From: Octopus sinensis
Lineage: Eukaryota
Reading direction: 5' to 3'
NCBI RefSeq assembly: GCF_006345805.1
Contig: NC_043001.1
Coordinates: 89,280,001 to 89,344,000, forward strand
DNA length: 64,000 bases
Shown here in pieces: positions 48,715 to 62,060 of this stretch; positions within the stretch are counted from its first letter, which is position 1; every line of letters begins with the position of its first letter. The notes beneath the pieces are model-generated. The model had not been told where the DNA came from, ran no database searches, and worked only from the letters and a program-made list of their open reading frames with translations. Made by a program: the position numbers and the translations under genes.

Positions 48715-51321
48715 ATTCGAATACCTTATTAACAAATAAAAGAGGATTCCACTACCAGGACAGACACAACAACATCCACACCACGAGGGGACAACAAGGT
48801 AATTTTCACTTTCTCAACTCTCACAATACACAACAAGCCCATACCACTCGATACAAGCACCCACGTAGGCCACTCATATCACCACAATCCATCACAACAC
48901 AAAGAAACACACACCAACACCCGCAATACAGGAACATCCCATTCTATCCACAACCACGAACCCGAACCATATTTCACAAGGAATATAACAAACACACAGG
49001 ACCTCTTAACACCAACAGACAACCCCTCTACCCCAACCATTTTTTAGACATAGCACACAGGTACAGGCAAACAAAATAACACAGGTCAGGGAAGAGAAAC
49101 AGAAACAAATTAAAGTCATCAATTTAACCAATACAGAACCCAACCCCAACCTTCTCAACTTACTCTCCAAAGGTCTTAAATTCACACCAACCCCCCACGT
49201 CCAAACTACTACGAAATGAAGGAAGACATTACAGAATTTTGTAGAAAATTGCAACTTAGTGAGGAACTATTAGACCAGCACAATGAGGATGAGTCACTAG
49301 CTAGAAATAAAAGCAACTACACCCCACCAAAAGGTAGAAATAAAATCCTAGACGAATTCTGTGAGCACATTACAAACTTCCCCTACCAACACTTACACAA
49401 ACCAAAACCAAACCTCAACAAGAAAGAGTGGGAAGAATTAAACAAATTAAAAAATGAAAGATCTATCACCATTAAAGAGGCCGATAAAGGAAGTGCAGTA
49501 GTCTTAATGGAGACAGAATACTATATCAACTTAGCACTCTCCACCTTGGAAAATGGAACATATTACGAAAAGGCTGAACACTACAATCAACAGAAAATTA
49601 TGAGAAACTTAAAAACCCTGATCAACCCCTACAAAGAAGAACTCACTAACAAAGAATTCAACTTCATCACAAATTTCACTAGTAAAACCAGCCTCTTCTA
49701 CAGTATTCCCAAAATTCATAAAAGCGAATTAATAAGTAAGGCATACAAGGAAGCCACAAACTCTGTAATCAATGTCCCCTCACCAAATGACCTCAAATTG
49801 AGACCTATAATAGCAGGTCCCGCTTGCGAAACCCACCGCCTTAGCAACTTCATTGATACCCTTCTCAAACACATTAAAAGCTACATAAGGGACGATCTAG
49901 ATATGCTCAACCACCTCCCCAATACACTTCTTGCTGAACAAACCCTGCTAGTAACATTCGATGTAGTTAATCTTTACTCCAACATCCCCCACAACCTAGG
50001 AATAGAAGCTATCCAATTCTGGCTGGATAATTACTCCAACAAACTCCCACACCGCATCAAAAAGGAATTTATTTTAGAAGGACTCAAATTCATCTTAGAG
50101 AATAATTTCTTCACCTTCAACAACAAATTCTACAGACAGAAATCAGGGACGGCGATGGGAACGAAAACAGCTCCCACTTACGCCAACCTAGTCATGGGAT
50201 ACCTGGAAATCACCCTCTATAATAACGTTCTTAACCAATTTAGCACCACTCTCCACACACACATAGAGAAGAACTGGAAGAGATATCTTGATGACTGCTT
50301 CATCCTTTGGCCCGAAACCATCGAGAAGCTTAAAGAATTTCACACCCTTATAAATGGGCTCAACACAAACATTATTTTCACAATGGAATACAGCCCTCAA
50401 CAAATTCCCTTCCTCGACATCCTCATTAAAATTCACAACAAAAAAATAGAAACAGACATATACTACAAGCCCACAGAATCCATGCCACCCTAGACACGTT
50501 AAAATTAACATTCCCTACAACTTAGCCAAGAGAATTTGCACTATAGTCTCCAATAAAAACACCCGTCTCTTATGTCTACAAGAACTTAAGGACACATTAA
50601 CAAGCAGGGATTACCCCACGTCACTAATCGACAATGGGATCCAACGCGCCCTAAAACTCAGCACACAGGAACTTAGACGCCCTAAACCTGTTACATCGAA
50701 ACCCCATACTCTACTATACATCTCTACACACAACCCCCTCAACAATGAAGCTTTTGACACCATCCTCCAGAACATTCCTGTATTAAAAAAGGACCATAGA
50801 ATGAACCAAATGCTCCTAACACACGAAATCATAAAGAGCAAAAGGCAACCCAAATCATTGAAAACCATCCTAACAAATGCCAAAGTACTGCCAACCACAA
50901 CAACTAAACCCACAGTAAACAAATGCAATAGACCCAACTGTGGTATATGCATCAACCTAATAGAAGGTCCGGAATTCCTTTTTAAACAAGGACAACGTTT
51001 CACAGTAAAACACAACTTCACATGCGCATCAGAAAACCTAGTATATGTCTTAACTTGCTCGGGCTGTAATGAACACTACATAGGCCAAACTAAAAATAGC
51101 CTCCGCCACGCATGACTGTCCACAGATCCCAAATAAAAATACAGGAATACAGAAAAATAGCACTTAGTGCACATATTGATACCTGTGCCGCACAACTTCA
51201 TCCCAATTTTAGAATCTTTCCCCTCTACAAATTTAAAGACAATGCCACTCATACCCAGCGAATAACCATGGAATCCCACCTTATTAATAAATACAGACCA
51301 CTTCTAAACACATCCCCCTAA
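48715..51321 (+). mobile_element. Penelope-like retroelement (RT + GIY-YIG), nearly full length, three frameshifts; Neptune-type Cys linker
   Basis: VINL...LLSKGLKFTPTP near 49110-49200. RT motifs include LVTFDVVNLYSNIP, GTAMGTKTAPTYANL and RYLDD. Linker CNRPNCGIC; GIY-YIG VYVLTCSGCNEHYIGQT...HR. Frameshifts at about 49200, 50480 (short deletion) and 51108. Confidence 0.93.
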
Positions 51322-51605
51322 CACGAACCCACAACAAACACACTTACACCTGCACACACCCTACACACACTTTTACCCAGATATTAACACCATGACACAT
51401 GCAAATATATGGTTCCACACATACACATAATTTGATACGGGTGCAAAACATCCAACACTATTTTTTGGAAATGACTGTAAATATTGACTTCACACAAACA
51501 CGTTGCTTCCCGATACAGGCACAAGGCCAGCAGAACTATAAATATTGAAAATTGTACCCACACACGCACACATATATACACGAGCATGCGCCCCAACATA
51601 CATAT

Positions 51606-51650
<45 letters not shown>

Positions 51651-52299
51651 TACATACATATAGCTCTTCCTGTCCTAAACGAACTTACTTATCCAGCTCA
51701 AATTCAGTCAAGCAGAAAATACACTCCTTAACTAAGTGCTAAAAAGCTATTTAAAATATCCACATGACTTCTACTGACCAGCCTGAACAATAAGAATTTT
51801 CAACAATGCTATTTTCGAAAACTCCATACACCACCCACACCAACATTCATTCTAAACATTCACATGACCTCTCTATTATGACCACATCCATGTGACTTCT
51901 TTATTATGACCAATAAGAAATTTTAGGTGCGACACTAGCCAAATTTTAACATCTCTGGAGCCTATTTTCTTACCCCAACACCAACTTCCATTCAAACATT
52001 CACGTGACCCCTTTATAATGACCAATCAAAATTGTATTGACCATTGCCAACAAGAAATTTTAGGCGCAAAACCAAGCAAATCTTAAACAACTCTGGAGTC
52101 TCTTTTTTCACATATAAGAGACAGCAAACCCAACATAAAGTCAGATAAGAGAAAAAAATCTATCAGAAAGGAACTCTATCTCTCTTAAAAAAATATCTTT
52201 TGATAAGCATAACAAATGTGCAACCAGTAAAAAGAACTTTCACCTAATTAAATACACTCTCCCTTACTTAAATTATTTTGTCAGCATTTTCTTCATTTC

Positions 52300-52343
<44 letters not shown>

Positions 52344-54106
52344 TATATATACATATACATATACACATATATATATATATACATACACATATACATACAT
52401 ACATATTTGTGTGTGTGTGTGTATGCTTCTATGTCTGTGTTTGTCACTCACCACTGCTTGACAACTTATGTCCCTGTAACTTAGCAGTTCAGCAAAAGAG
52501 ACGGATAAAATAAGTATCAGGCTTAAAAATATTTTTTAAAATAAGCACTGAGGTCAATTTGTTCAGCTAAAAAATTTTTCATGGTGGTGCTCCAGCATGA
52601 CTACAGTTTAATGACTGAAACAAGCAATAAAAAAAATACCAAGCAGGAAGTTACTGGGGCATCAGTAAAGCTTATTCTTCAGGTAGTTGGTATTTAAGTG
52701 TATTTTAGGCTTAACTATGCATGAAGCTTAACTCCCTCCAAAATATACTTGCAAGGATCTGAACTCAGTACTGCAAGTTAGCTAAAGATTTGTCAATAAC
52801 ACAAGTCATCTTATACACCCCATAAATAGGAGGTTGTGGCCATCCACAGCCCCTGTTTACAGATAGATAAAATGAGCCACAAGTGTTAAGTATCATGGTT
52901 ATAGGTATTGTTCAAAACCATTGAAAGGGGATGATGAATTATTGACTCTCAGTTGAGCAGGCCAACAGCTTAACTACACAAGGAGATACAAGACAAAATA
53001 AATATGGCATACATCAGGGTTTTGGTTTTTTTTTACTAAACCCTGTCCTCAGATGTGGTTGTAAGTTAAGAAATTAGCTTTCCAAACACATGGTTCCAGG
53101 TTCAGTTCCACTGCATAGCACCTTAGGCTAGTGTCTTCTTCTATAGCCCCAGGCTGACCAAAGTCTTGTGAGTTGATTTGGTAGACAGAAACTGAAAAAG
53201 CATGTCGTGTGTGTGTGCCTGTCTATGTGCTTCAATCTCACTGCTTGACAACCATGGTTTGTTTACATCCTTATAATATAACAGTTCAACATAAGAGACC
53301 AACAGAATAACATCTGATTAAAAACCTTTCAAAATAACACCCCAGCATGGCCACAGTTCAATGACTGAAACAAATAAAAAGAAAAATGGAAAACGAGAGA
53401 CCTTTCAGGCAGGTTATGGGAGAATATGAAATTTATCAATCAGTTTGATGTAAAAGAGAAGCTGATCAAGTAAAATATGCAAATGTTATTTTTAATTTTG
53501 GCCTTACCACTAATCAATGTTGACTTCAATTATTTGTTGTGGGTGTGTGCAGAAATTTGCTCCAACAAATTTTGTTGCAAAGTGTGTATGTACCTACACC
53601 AGTAACTATCATTTAAATGCCATACTGACGACCTTAACAAATGCACATCATTTTTAAATGCGTATTATAATTAAGATATTGTTACGTAATTTTAAATGTC
53701 TATTAAATTTGATTTTTCACAAATAAAACAAATCATTATGCATTTATATATATATATATTTAATGTTATTGATTTTTTATTTATGGCAACAATGACAAAT
53801 CTAACAAAAATATTTAATATTTATTTGATATTGATCTGGTTAGCAGAAAAAAATAATTAGAAAATGTTTTTGAAAAATGGTTTCGTCTTGAAAACCTTGT
53901 GTATTTATTCTTTTATTCGTCTCAGTCATGTGATTGTGGCCATGCTGGAGCACCACCTTTAGTCGAACAAATCGACCCCAGGACTTATTCTTTGTAAGCC
54001 GAGTACTTATTTTATCATGCTCTTTTGCTGAACTGCTAAGTTATAGGGATGTAAACACACCAGCATCGGTTGTCAAGCGATGGTGGGGGGACAAACACAG
54101 ACACAT

Positions 54107-54455
54107 AGAAAAGGGACAGAGTGAAGTGAAAGAGGAGGGAAGGTGAGAATAAAGAGAAAGCCAGGAAATGTGAGAGAGGAGGAACAAAAGAAAGAAGAGT
54201 GGAAAGAACGAAGTGAGTGTGAAGAGGCTGATAGAAAGAAAGAAAGAATGAAAAAATACAAAATTTAGATATATATATATATATATATATATAAATTTTG
54301 TACAACTCTCTTATTCTTTCATTCTTTCTTTCTGTCTGTCAGCCTCTTCACTTCATTCTTTCCACTCTTCTTTTTTTTGTTCCTCCTCTCTCACATTTCC
54401 TGGCTTTCTCTTCATTCTCACCTTCCCTCCTTTCACTTCACTCTGTCCCTTTTCT
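54107..54455. repeat. Near-palindrome centred on (AT)n: arms 54107-54267 and 54292-54455
   Basis: AGAAAAGGGACAGAGTGAAGTGAAAG... versus ...CTTTCACTTCACTCTGTCCCTTTTCT; inner ends TACAAAATTTA/TAAATTTTGTA. Confidence 0.9.
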
Positions 54456-55578
54456 TTTTTCTCGTCCCTCCCTAATTCTTCTATCCCTCTGCCTCTACCT
54501 TTCTCCTCTCTCTCCATGTGACTAGTGTTCAGCCAAACCTGACCTTTCTTTCTTGGTTCGACTACCATCTATGCTCCTCCCCATGCCTGTCATCTCTTAT
54601 GTCCCTGCTGTAAGGCTTCACTTCCACACATGCCAGCTTAATTTAATTCATCCTTAGTCGAAAGACACCTGTTGTTAATTTCCTGTTATTTGCATTTGTA
54701 TTTGTGTACCATTTCTCTGTTTTTTTCCATCCTTGTTTTCATATACATTCACTGCTTTCTTCCAAGGAATCTAGTGCTCTTAGCTTAGTTTTTCCTTGGG
54801 GCTGGCCAGATTGGAGCAATCCCGAGTATAACCAGCCGAAATTGTAAAGATAATCTGGAACTTGACTGAGGAAAGAAAACTCCAAATGACTCGTCATTTT
54901 TTTTCTTGCCCTTTTTTCTATCATGTCTGGATGCTTTGCATTCTTGTCCCATATTTTTTGTATTCCTTTTTATATACATATGGCGGCCTATGTACACTTT
55001 GGTCTCTTTTATATATATATATATATAATATATATATATATATTATATATATATATACACATATATATATATGATGGGCTTCTTTCAGTTTCTGTCTACC
55101 AAATCCACTCAAAGGCTTTGGTCAGCCCGAGGGTTTTGTAGAAGACACTTGCCTAAGGTGCTACACAGTGGGACTGAACCTGGAACCATATGGTTGGTAA
55201 GCAAGCTACTTACCACACAGCCACTCCAGCACACATTTTTGTAAAATGTGCACATGGGTGCAAGTGAACAGTTTAGAAGGAGCATTGCACTGTCACAAAT
55301 GTTCTAAGCTTTAGAGCTTGGTCACTGTTTCAAGGGTTTTTAACATAAAATGGTGAATAATAGCATAGCTGGTAATAGATTTCTACTGGACCAATAACTA
55401 ATTCAATGCTTTTCTGATAGTATGAGTAAGAAGGGCATGTCTGTAACTCAGTGCAGAACAAATACTGCAAGGGTACAATGCTTGTTAGACACCTGTTTTC
55501 AAAATATTTTGCCAATGTTTACACCTTTTGCATTAATGAAAATAATTGTCATCACTATCATCATCATACACATGCACG

Positions 55579-55614
<36 letters not shown>

Positions 55615-56834
55615 TACACAGGCTTCTTTCAGTTTCTGTTTACCAACTCCATTCTCAAGGCTTTGGTCAGCTCAAAGCTGTAGTGTCACACAGTGGTATT
55701 GAACCCAAAACCACATGGTTGGGAAGCACACAGCCTTGATTGTGCTTATGATACATATCATCATCATCATCATCGTTTAATATCCACCTTCCATGCTGGT
55801 ATGGGTTGGACGGTTTAACAGGAGCCACCCAGGTAGAAGACTACACCAAGCTACTGTGTCTGATTGGCATGGTTTTTACAGTTGGAAGCCCTTCCTAACA
55901 CCAGCCATCCCGCAAAGTGGACTGAGTGTTTTTGTGGAATGGCTGGTGTTAGGAAGGGCATCTAACCATAAAAACCATGCCAAAACACACACACATACAC
56001 ATATATGATAGTCTACTACATAGCTTCTGTCTACCAAATTCCATTCACAAGGTATTGATTAATCTGAGGTTATGGCATGACGATATACAATGGGATTGAA
56101 CTTGGAAACACATAGTCATGAAGTGAATTTCTTAACCACACAGCCATACCTATTGAAAGAAACTCTATGACTATACTTACACTGTACAAAGTGAATAATA
56201 ATGGAGAAACAAATTATCTACTGTCCAAGCCTCAGCTGTTTTGAAATACACCTGTCTCAACTCTATATAATATCATACCTGTTATATTATTCCATCAAAC
56301 AGTCACTAAAAACTTTGGCTTAATTCCTTTGTTTTCTCAGAACTGCAAATCTCTGGAACTCTACGTCTATCCAATTTTATTAGAAATCATGAAATTCAAT
56401 TTCAACATTAGCTATATCTTTTTTGCTTGGTGGACCTTTAACAGCTTGGATCACTGCTTCATTTCCTAAGATTAAAGACTTATTTTAAAAAGAAACAGAC
56501 AGACAGAGAAAGAGAGGAGCACCTTCATTAACCTGTGAAGCTGTGCTGTACATTAAATTGTGTTATAAAGTAGTTAGGAGAGGCAGGGCAGTGCCCATAA
56601 CCTTTTATAGGCCCTCCCAGACAGGCATGGCCAATGTGCAGCATTAATATCTACAGTCTGCAAGAAAAAAGTGGGTGAAGGAAACCTGGAGTCCAGCCTA
56701 GCCAAACGATTGTAAGAGTGAACATGGAAAAAAATGAATAAAACAACACTTTGAACAAGACAGAATGACAGAGTTAAGCAACCAGAAAATGAAAATCAAC
56801 TGGTCAAGGAAGAAAGATATAAATTGCTGCTTAC

Positions 56835-56970
56835 TTTATTGTAACTATTCCATTCTGGGGTGCCCGTATAAACCAAATGTATTCGCACAATTTCTTTTGA
56901 GGACCACTGGAGATTTTGGCAAATGATATGTTTCCAGTTCTATTTTGAAGGACCTCCTTTGATCCACAAT
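56835..56970 (-). CDS. LRP12: LRP12/LRP3/LRP10-like receptor, N-terminal half of CUB domain (phase 1/2)
   Basis: Minus-strand acceptor ctttgttttttttcag|AT and donor AA|gtaagc; 136 nt. (D)CGSKEVLQNRTGNISFAKISSGPQKKLCEYIWFIRAPQNGIVTI(N) has the CUB start C-G...G.I...C..W.IRA. Its phase 2 end joins exon 44033-44232. Not in the ORF track. Confidence 0.88.
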
Positions 56971-57567
56971 CTGAAAAAAACAAAGTCTGAGTGTTATTAC
57001 CATTGGTTTAACATTTGACCATGCTGATAGTTAATATGACATCATTATAAACACTTCATTTCATGTTGCTCCAGTTCACTCAGCAGGCAAAAATGAGTAA
57101 TCCTGTGATGGATTGGTGTCCTGTCCAAGTGGGGAATATAAACATCATGAAAACCGGCCCTAGGAGTCTATATGACTCGAGAAGGATCTTTATCCTTTTG
57201 TTTTATTATAAAGTAGTGAATGTCATTGTATTAATTGTTAGGTGAGGCTACATTCTCGGTTATCTTACACTTTGACAAAACACTAAACTGTTAAGCATAC
57301 CCTGGTGACATATATTCCACTAAGGAAGCTAGCTATAAGATATTTTCACAGTATAACTCCACTGTAAATCAAGATATACAATATTGTGGTAATATACTGC
57401 ACTACAAAGTAAGACATACCTACTTCTAGTGCTGTAACATCTTTGACATCATATCATGATCTCTTTATTTTATGTGTTGATTAACCCTCTAACATGATGA
57501 GCAATTATGTTTCTTAACATGCCAAGTTATATACAGTCACCACTAAAAAAACTCCTTCTTCAGTTAA

Positions 57568-57787
57568 CCCTTGAGCATTCAAACCAGCCATATCCGGCCT
57601 AAATATTCTACCAGTTTTATGTTAAAACTGGCCAGATCTAGCCTCTCACACCTAACCGACAATGTCTTTCTAAAGCTAAATAACCACATCATGAAAATGT
57701 CTTAGCTATAAGATAATGCATGGTTAATTCAAAACAATGTGAATAAGTAAGCAGAACATTTGACAGAGTAATCTGAATGCTAAAGGG
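57568..57787. mobile_element. piggyBac-type MITE
   Basis: TTAA|CCCTTGAGCATTC...GAATGCTAAAGGG|TTAA. Confidence 0.85.
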
Positions 57788-59065
57788 TTAATGTATACTC
57801 TGAGCCAGTCAAAGTGTCAGATACCATTTCCCTGCAAGCTATATACTCACATGAGTTGAATTCAGAACTGTAAGTTATCAGTGTTGCTACTCAGAGCAAC
57901 AAGATGGATTCAGTTATTCTAAAATGAAATGCTTCAGCCATGAACATAACGAGTGCCATTGACAGGATATGAACCAACAACCTCTCTCAGAAGGCTGACT
58001 GGTATCTTTTTCAATCAACTATCTATGATCACATTTTCAAAGAGATTTCAAAGAATTTTCAAGATTGCCCTTGAATTATTGATAGTGAGTATCAACTTAG
58101 TATATATTGGTATTTCTTGGATTTTCAGTCATATATCAGATTTTTAAGTATATTTTACCACATATTTATCTGCCCACATAATAACTCAATCTCTTCGCCT
58201 TGCCCTGACAAAACCCTTTGTTCATTTTTTCTGACCAAGTAACACTGTTGTCTGCTTTGCCAGACCAGGCAGCCCTCACCCACTTTACCTACCTAGATAA
58301 ACCCCATCTTTTTAGATAAGCCTCAGCCACTTTGCCTATTCAGATAATCTTCAGTCACATTGTGTGCTCAGATAACTCCCAGGTTACTTTATCTGCCCAG
58401 ATAAACCCTAGTCTCAGTCATTACAATTTTCTAGATAAGCCTTGCTCACTTTAACTGCTAAGACAATCCCAGGTTACTTTGCCCAAATAACCACTTTGCC
58501 AGCCCAGACAAAGCCACCTTCCTCACTCAAATACTTCCCTTTTAGTAACAGGGGCTTTTTTTGTTTTTCCCTGTGCTTTTACTGTCTTTCAAGTTACTCA
58601 GTGCCAGTGGCACAAAAAAGCATGCAATACACTCTATAAAATGATGAGTGTTAGGTAGGGTATTCAACCATAGAAACTATGCCCACAGCTGACATTGGAA
58701 CCTGACATGGCCTTGTAACTCATTGGATCCTATCAAACCATTTAACTCATGCTAGCATGGAAAGTAGATGATGATGATGATGATGATATAACCTCTGGTG
58801 AATTTATTAATCCAAATGACCCTTCATCAAGTTATTTACACAAGGCCATCATTTACTGTACTGTCTACTCACACATTCATTCCTGTCTGTAGTCCTAAGT
58901 TTTGCTAGTCTCCCAGTAAAACAGTTACTGAGCTGACCTAGAACAATTCAATGCTGCCTAGTTTATGACCAGTAAGGCATGACCATATGGCTAGCTGACC
59001 AAACTATGAAGGCATAGATATACTGTCCACCACTTCCTGGCTAGACACAAACACAAACACACACA

Positions 59066-59143
<78 letters not shown>

Positions 59144-61339
59144 GTACACACTCAAAATCAACAACAGCCACTACTTGCTCTGTCCCTCCCCACAAACCCA
59201 TTTGTTGGTGTTGGTAATGATAGCAAGTCTACTGTTATGTTGATAAATCAATACTATCAGATATCCTGCACACTATCAAATCATGTGATTGCTATACCAT
59301 CCCCAAACTCCTTCCTCCTATCAACATTATGATGACATTTATCATAAATGGTTTGAAACATCAGAGAATCAGTTTTTTTTTTCATCTTTAACAAATAAAA
59401 AAGCAAGTTAGCATGGACAAAATATTTTTTTACTATTACAATTATATTCTGCCCTATTATTTAATTATTGTTGTTAGAAAAATGCCTTGTGTTATTTGTT
59501 CCAGATTATTACATTCTGAGTTCAAATCCTGCCAAGATTAATTTTGTCTTTCATTCTTTCAGGGTTGATAAAATGAAGTACTAGTCTAGTATGGGCTGAT
59601 GGTGTCATCAAACACCCTCTTCCCCTCAAAGAATTGCTGGCCTTGTCCTAAATCAGAAGCAATTATTACCATTAATTATTGATGATTATAACATATTTAA
59701 TACTACCAATATATACATTAATGCACACAACAAAAAATATTCCCTGAAAGCTTACAAAAATGGTGTTGACTGCAGGTCAGCATACACACTCTTCTGTGTC
59801 TCTATCATTCTAGACAACCTAGCTCAAAATAGCAACTAAAGTCCCTTGAATTCCACCCTACTGCCTCAAAAAAAGAAATACACATAACAAATAAGATGGT
59901 ACATTTATGGGTGAAATGCCTTCAATCACACACCAACTCCACCAGAACTGATCTGGATCTAAACAACAACCATCAATACCCAGATGTCAGTAGATGATAA
60001 CAATAAGCTCTGTCAGTATTTAAAGACCCCTTTCCACAGACAGCAGAGAGAGCCTCATTCTCAACCACTTCATGCCAAAACTATAAGCTCTTTTACTCCA
60101 CCTATGTAGCAAAGATAACCTTTTATTCTCAAAAACCTTAAATTAACAGCTCCAGTTCCTGTGGTAACTAAATACTTCCTACCTTCCATGGTAACTAAAC
60201 TTTCTCCAGACATCAGAGAAAGAGAGTAGCTTTTCAGCAATACTTAAAGTAACTAGGCAAACACCCAACAACTTACAAAAAAGGGTCCTGTTTTAATCAA
60301 CCTGGAAGAAGCATGGACTCTGTAAGCCAAAACAAAGGAGAGATGCAACTCACGGAAAAAATGATACAAGGTAAAATGGATACTTAAGAGACAACCATTA
60401 TGCATAACCATCTTTAGTTGACCAATGTGGGCTCTTTCCCTAGCTACATCATGGAAACAATCTTTTATTCCTAGAAATTTAACTATGTCACATTGAACCT
60501 GCTTGGTCAGAAGCTTTTATTCGCAAGACATTCAGAACAGCACAAACATGAGAGTGTAAACATCGTCAAATTTTGCCTCTAAGTTTTTGGTGAGTGTACA
60601 TGCAGTGGATCCATCTAATGGTAGTGATTTCTCAGGAATATAGAAGAAGCTTTACTTAATTAGTGATGACTTCTGGATGACACTGAGACAATCAAGAACA
60701 GCCTGTGCTTTCATAAAATGAATTTTTACACCTATTTGTGTGGATGCAATGTTACTTCCAATGAATGTATACAATGAAGTCTACAGATGCTAGGTTTTGT
60801 TTGGCAGTGCTTTATGATCCCTTCTGATTGTAGCAGAAATATTCAGTGTTGAGTCATTGACATAAAGATTAATATCTTCTGCTGTTTTTTCAAGATTATG
60901 CATAAGAATAGTAACTTTTGAGATGAATCTTCAAAGAGAGCAATATAATCAGTAATGTAGGAACTCGGTAGTAGAGGGAAGATGATTTTGTTAGAGTGAA
61001 GTCAAATTCTTTAATTTTGTCTGAGTGCAAAGGATAAAAAAGAAATAGTGCAAGCATATCAGCTTGCAAAACACTTAATGTCAAAGAAATCCTAAGGTGA
61101 TAATACTTTAGTTCTTATGTTATTGTAAAATGTCAATTGTTGCTACTATTTCTTGAGGTACAGTGTGTGTAAGAAGAATTTGCTCCATTTTGCCTTGGTA
61201 AATAATCAAAAGCTTTTGAGAATTCTTCAAACCAACAATAAAATTGCTTGTAGATTTTTTTTTTTTTACCCTGACTCCTCAATTATTCTTCTGACTGTAA
61301 ATATCTCTCCAACAATAGACCAGTTTTTCCTGAACTCAT

Positions 61340-62060
61340 TTTAGTTTCTTCATAAGACCTGCCTTGATTATGGTTGTAAATGTTTCAGCAACAGTTTATT
61401 GTAAGAATAAATGTAAGAATAATCCCTCTGTAATTTTTTACCAAAAGTCTAAGTTTACTTTCTAGAGCAATGAGAAAATAAAATCACATCTCCATCCTGC
61501 ATCTCAGATGTGCAGATAATGAGGGATGTGCCCAACTGTTGTGTTGGTTGTGTAGTCAAGTACTTCTTAAAAATCACCTACAGAGACAAACTCTCCACAA
61601 CAAAAATGCAAGCAGAAACTGAAATCAATTCTCTAAATGCTACATATAGTAACTTTGTCTTCTCTCAACAACATATTGCAGAAGAATGTCTTCTTCTCAC
61701 AACTAAAATCAAACACTGAGTCCCGGAGGAATTGGAAGTATTTGCTAAGATGCACAATTCATTGAAGAATGCTGCTACTCATTTAAAGTCAACTAAACCT
61801 CCCAGCAAAAAAATATCACTAAATTCAGAAAAAGTCTCAGTAAGATCTTACACTTACAAAATCGAATAACAGAAATATATTGAAAGCAAAATAGATTTGA
61901 TGGTGCATGCAGCAGGAAACAAGCAATCATCCCTGGAATGGCAAAATGCCAATGAAATTAGTGGCAAGGAAAGTACAAATAAGTTGAATCTAAAAGCCAC
62001 AAATCTGCAACAATGATTAAACAAGTGAAAGGAATACTTCCAGAACCTTTATAGAAATTC
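61340..62060 (+). mobile_element. Degraded RTE-X-like LINE fragment; further LINE-like debris at about 60300-61300 and 63050-63950
   Basis: NSLNATYSNFVFSQQHIAEECL...KIKH*VP resembles the RTE-X linker NTTY.NFV.A...AA.E.IP.K.K.RVPW; many stops. Confidence 0.45.

Noticed and set aside
44667-48735. Many Y/I/M/C/V-rich ORFs in the ORF track
   Set aside because: They are translations of (TA)n/(CA)n satellites, with no splice or homology support.
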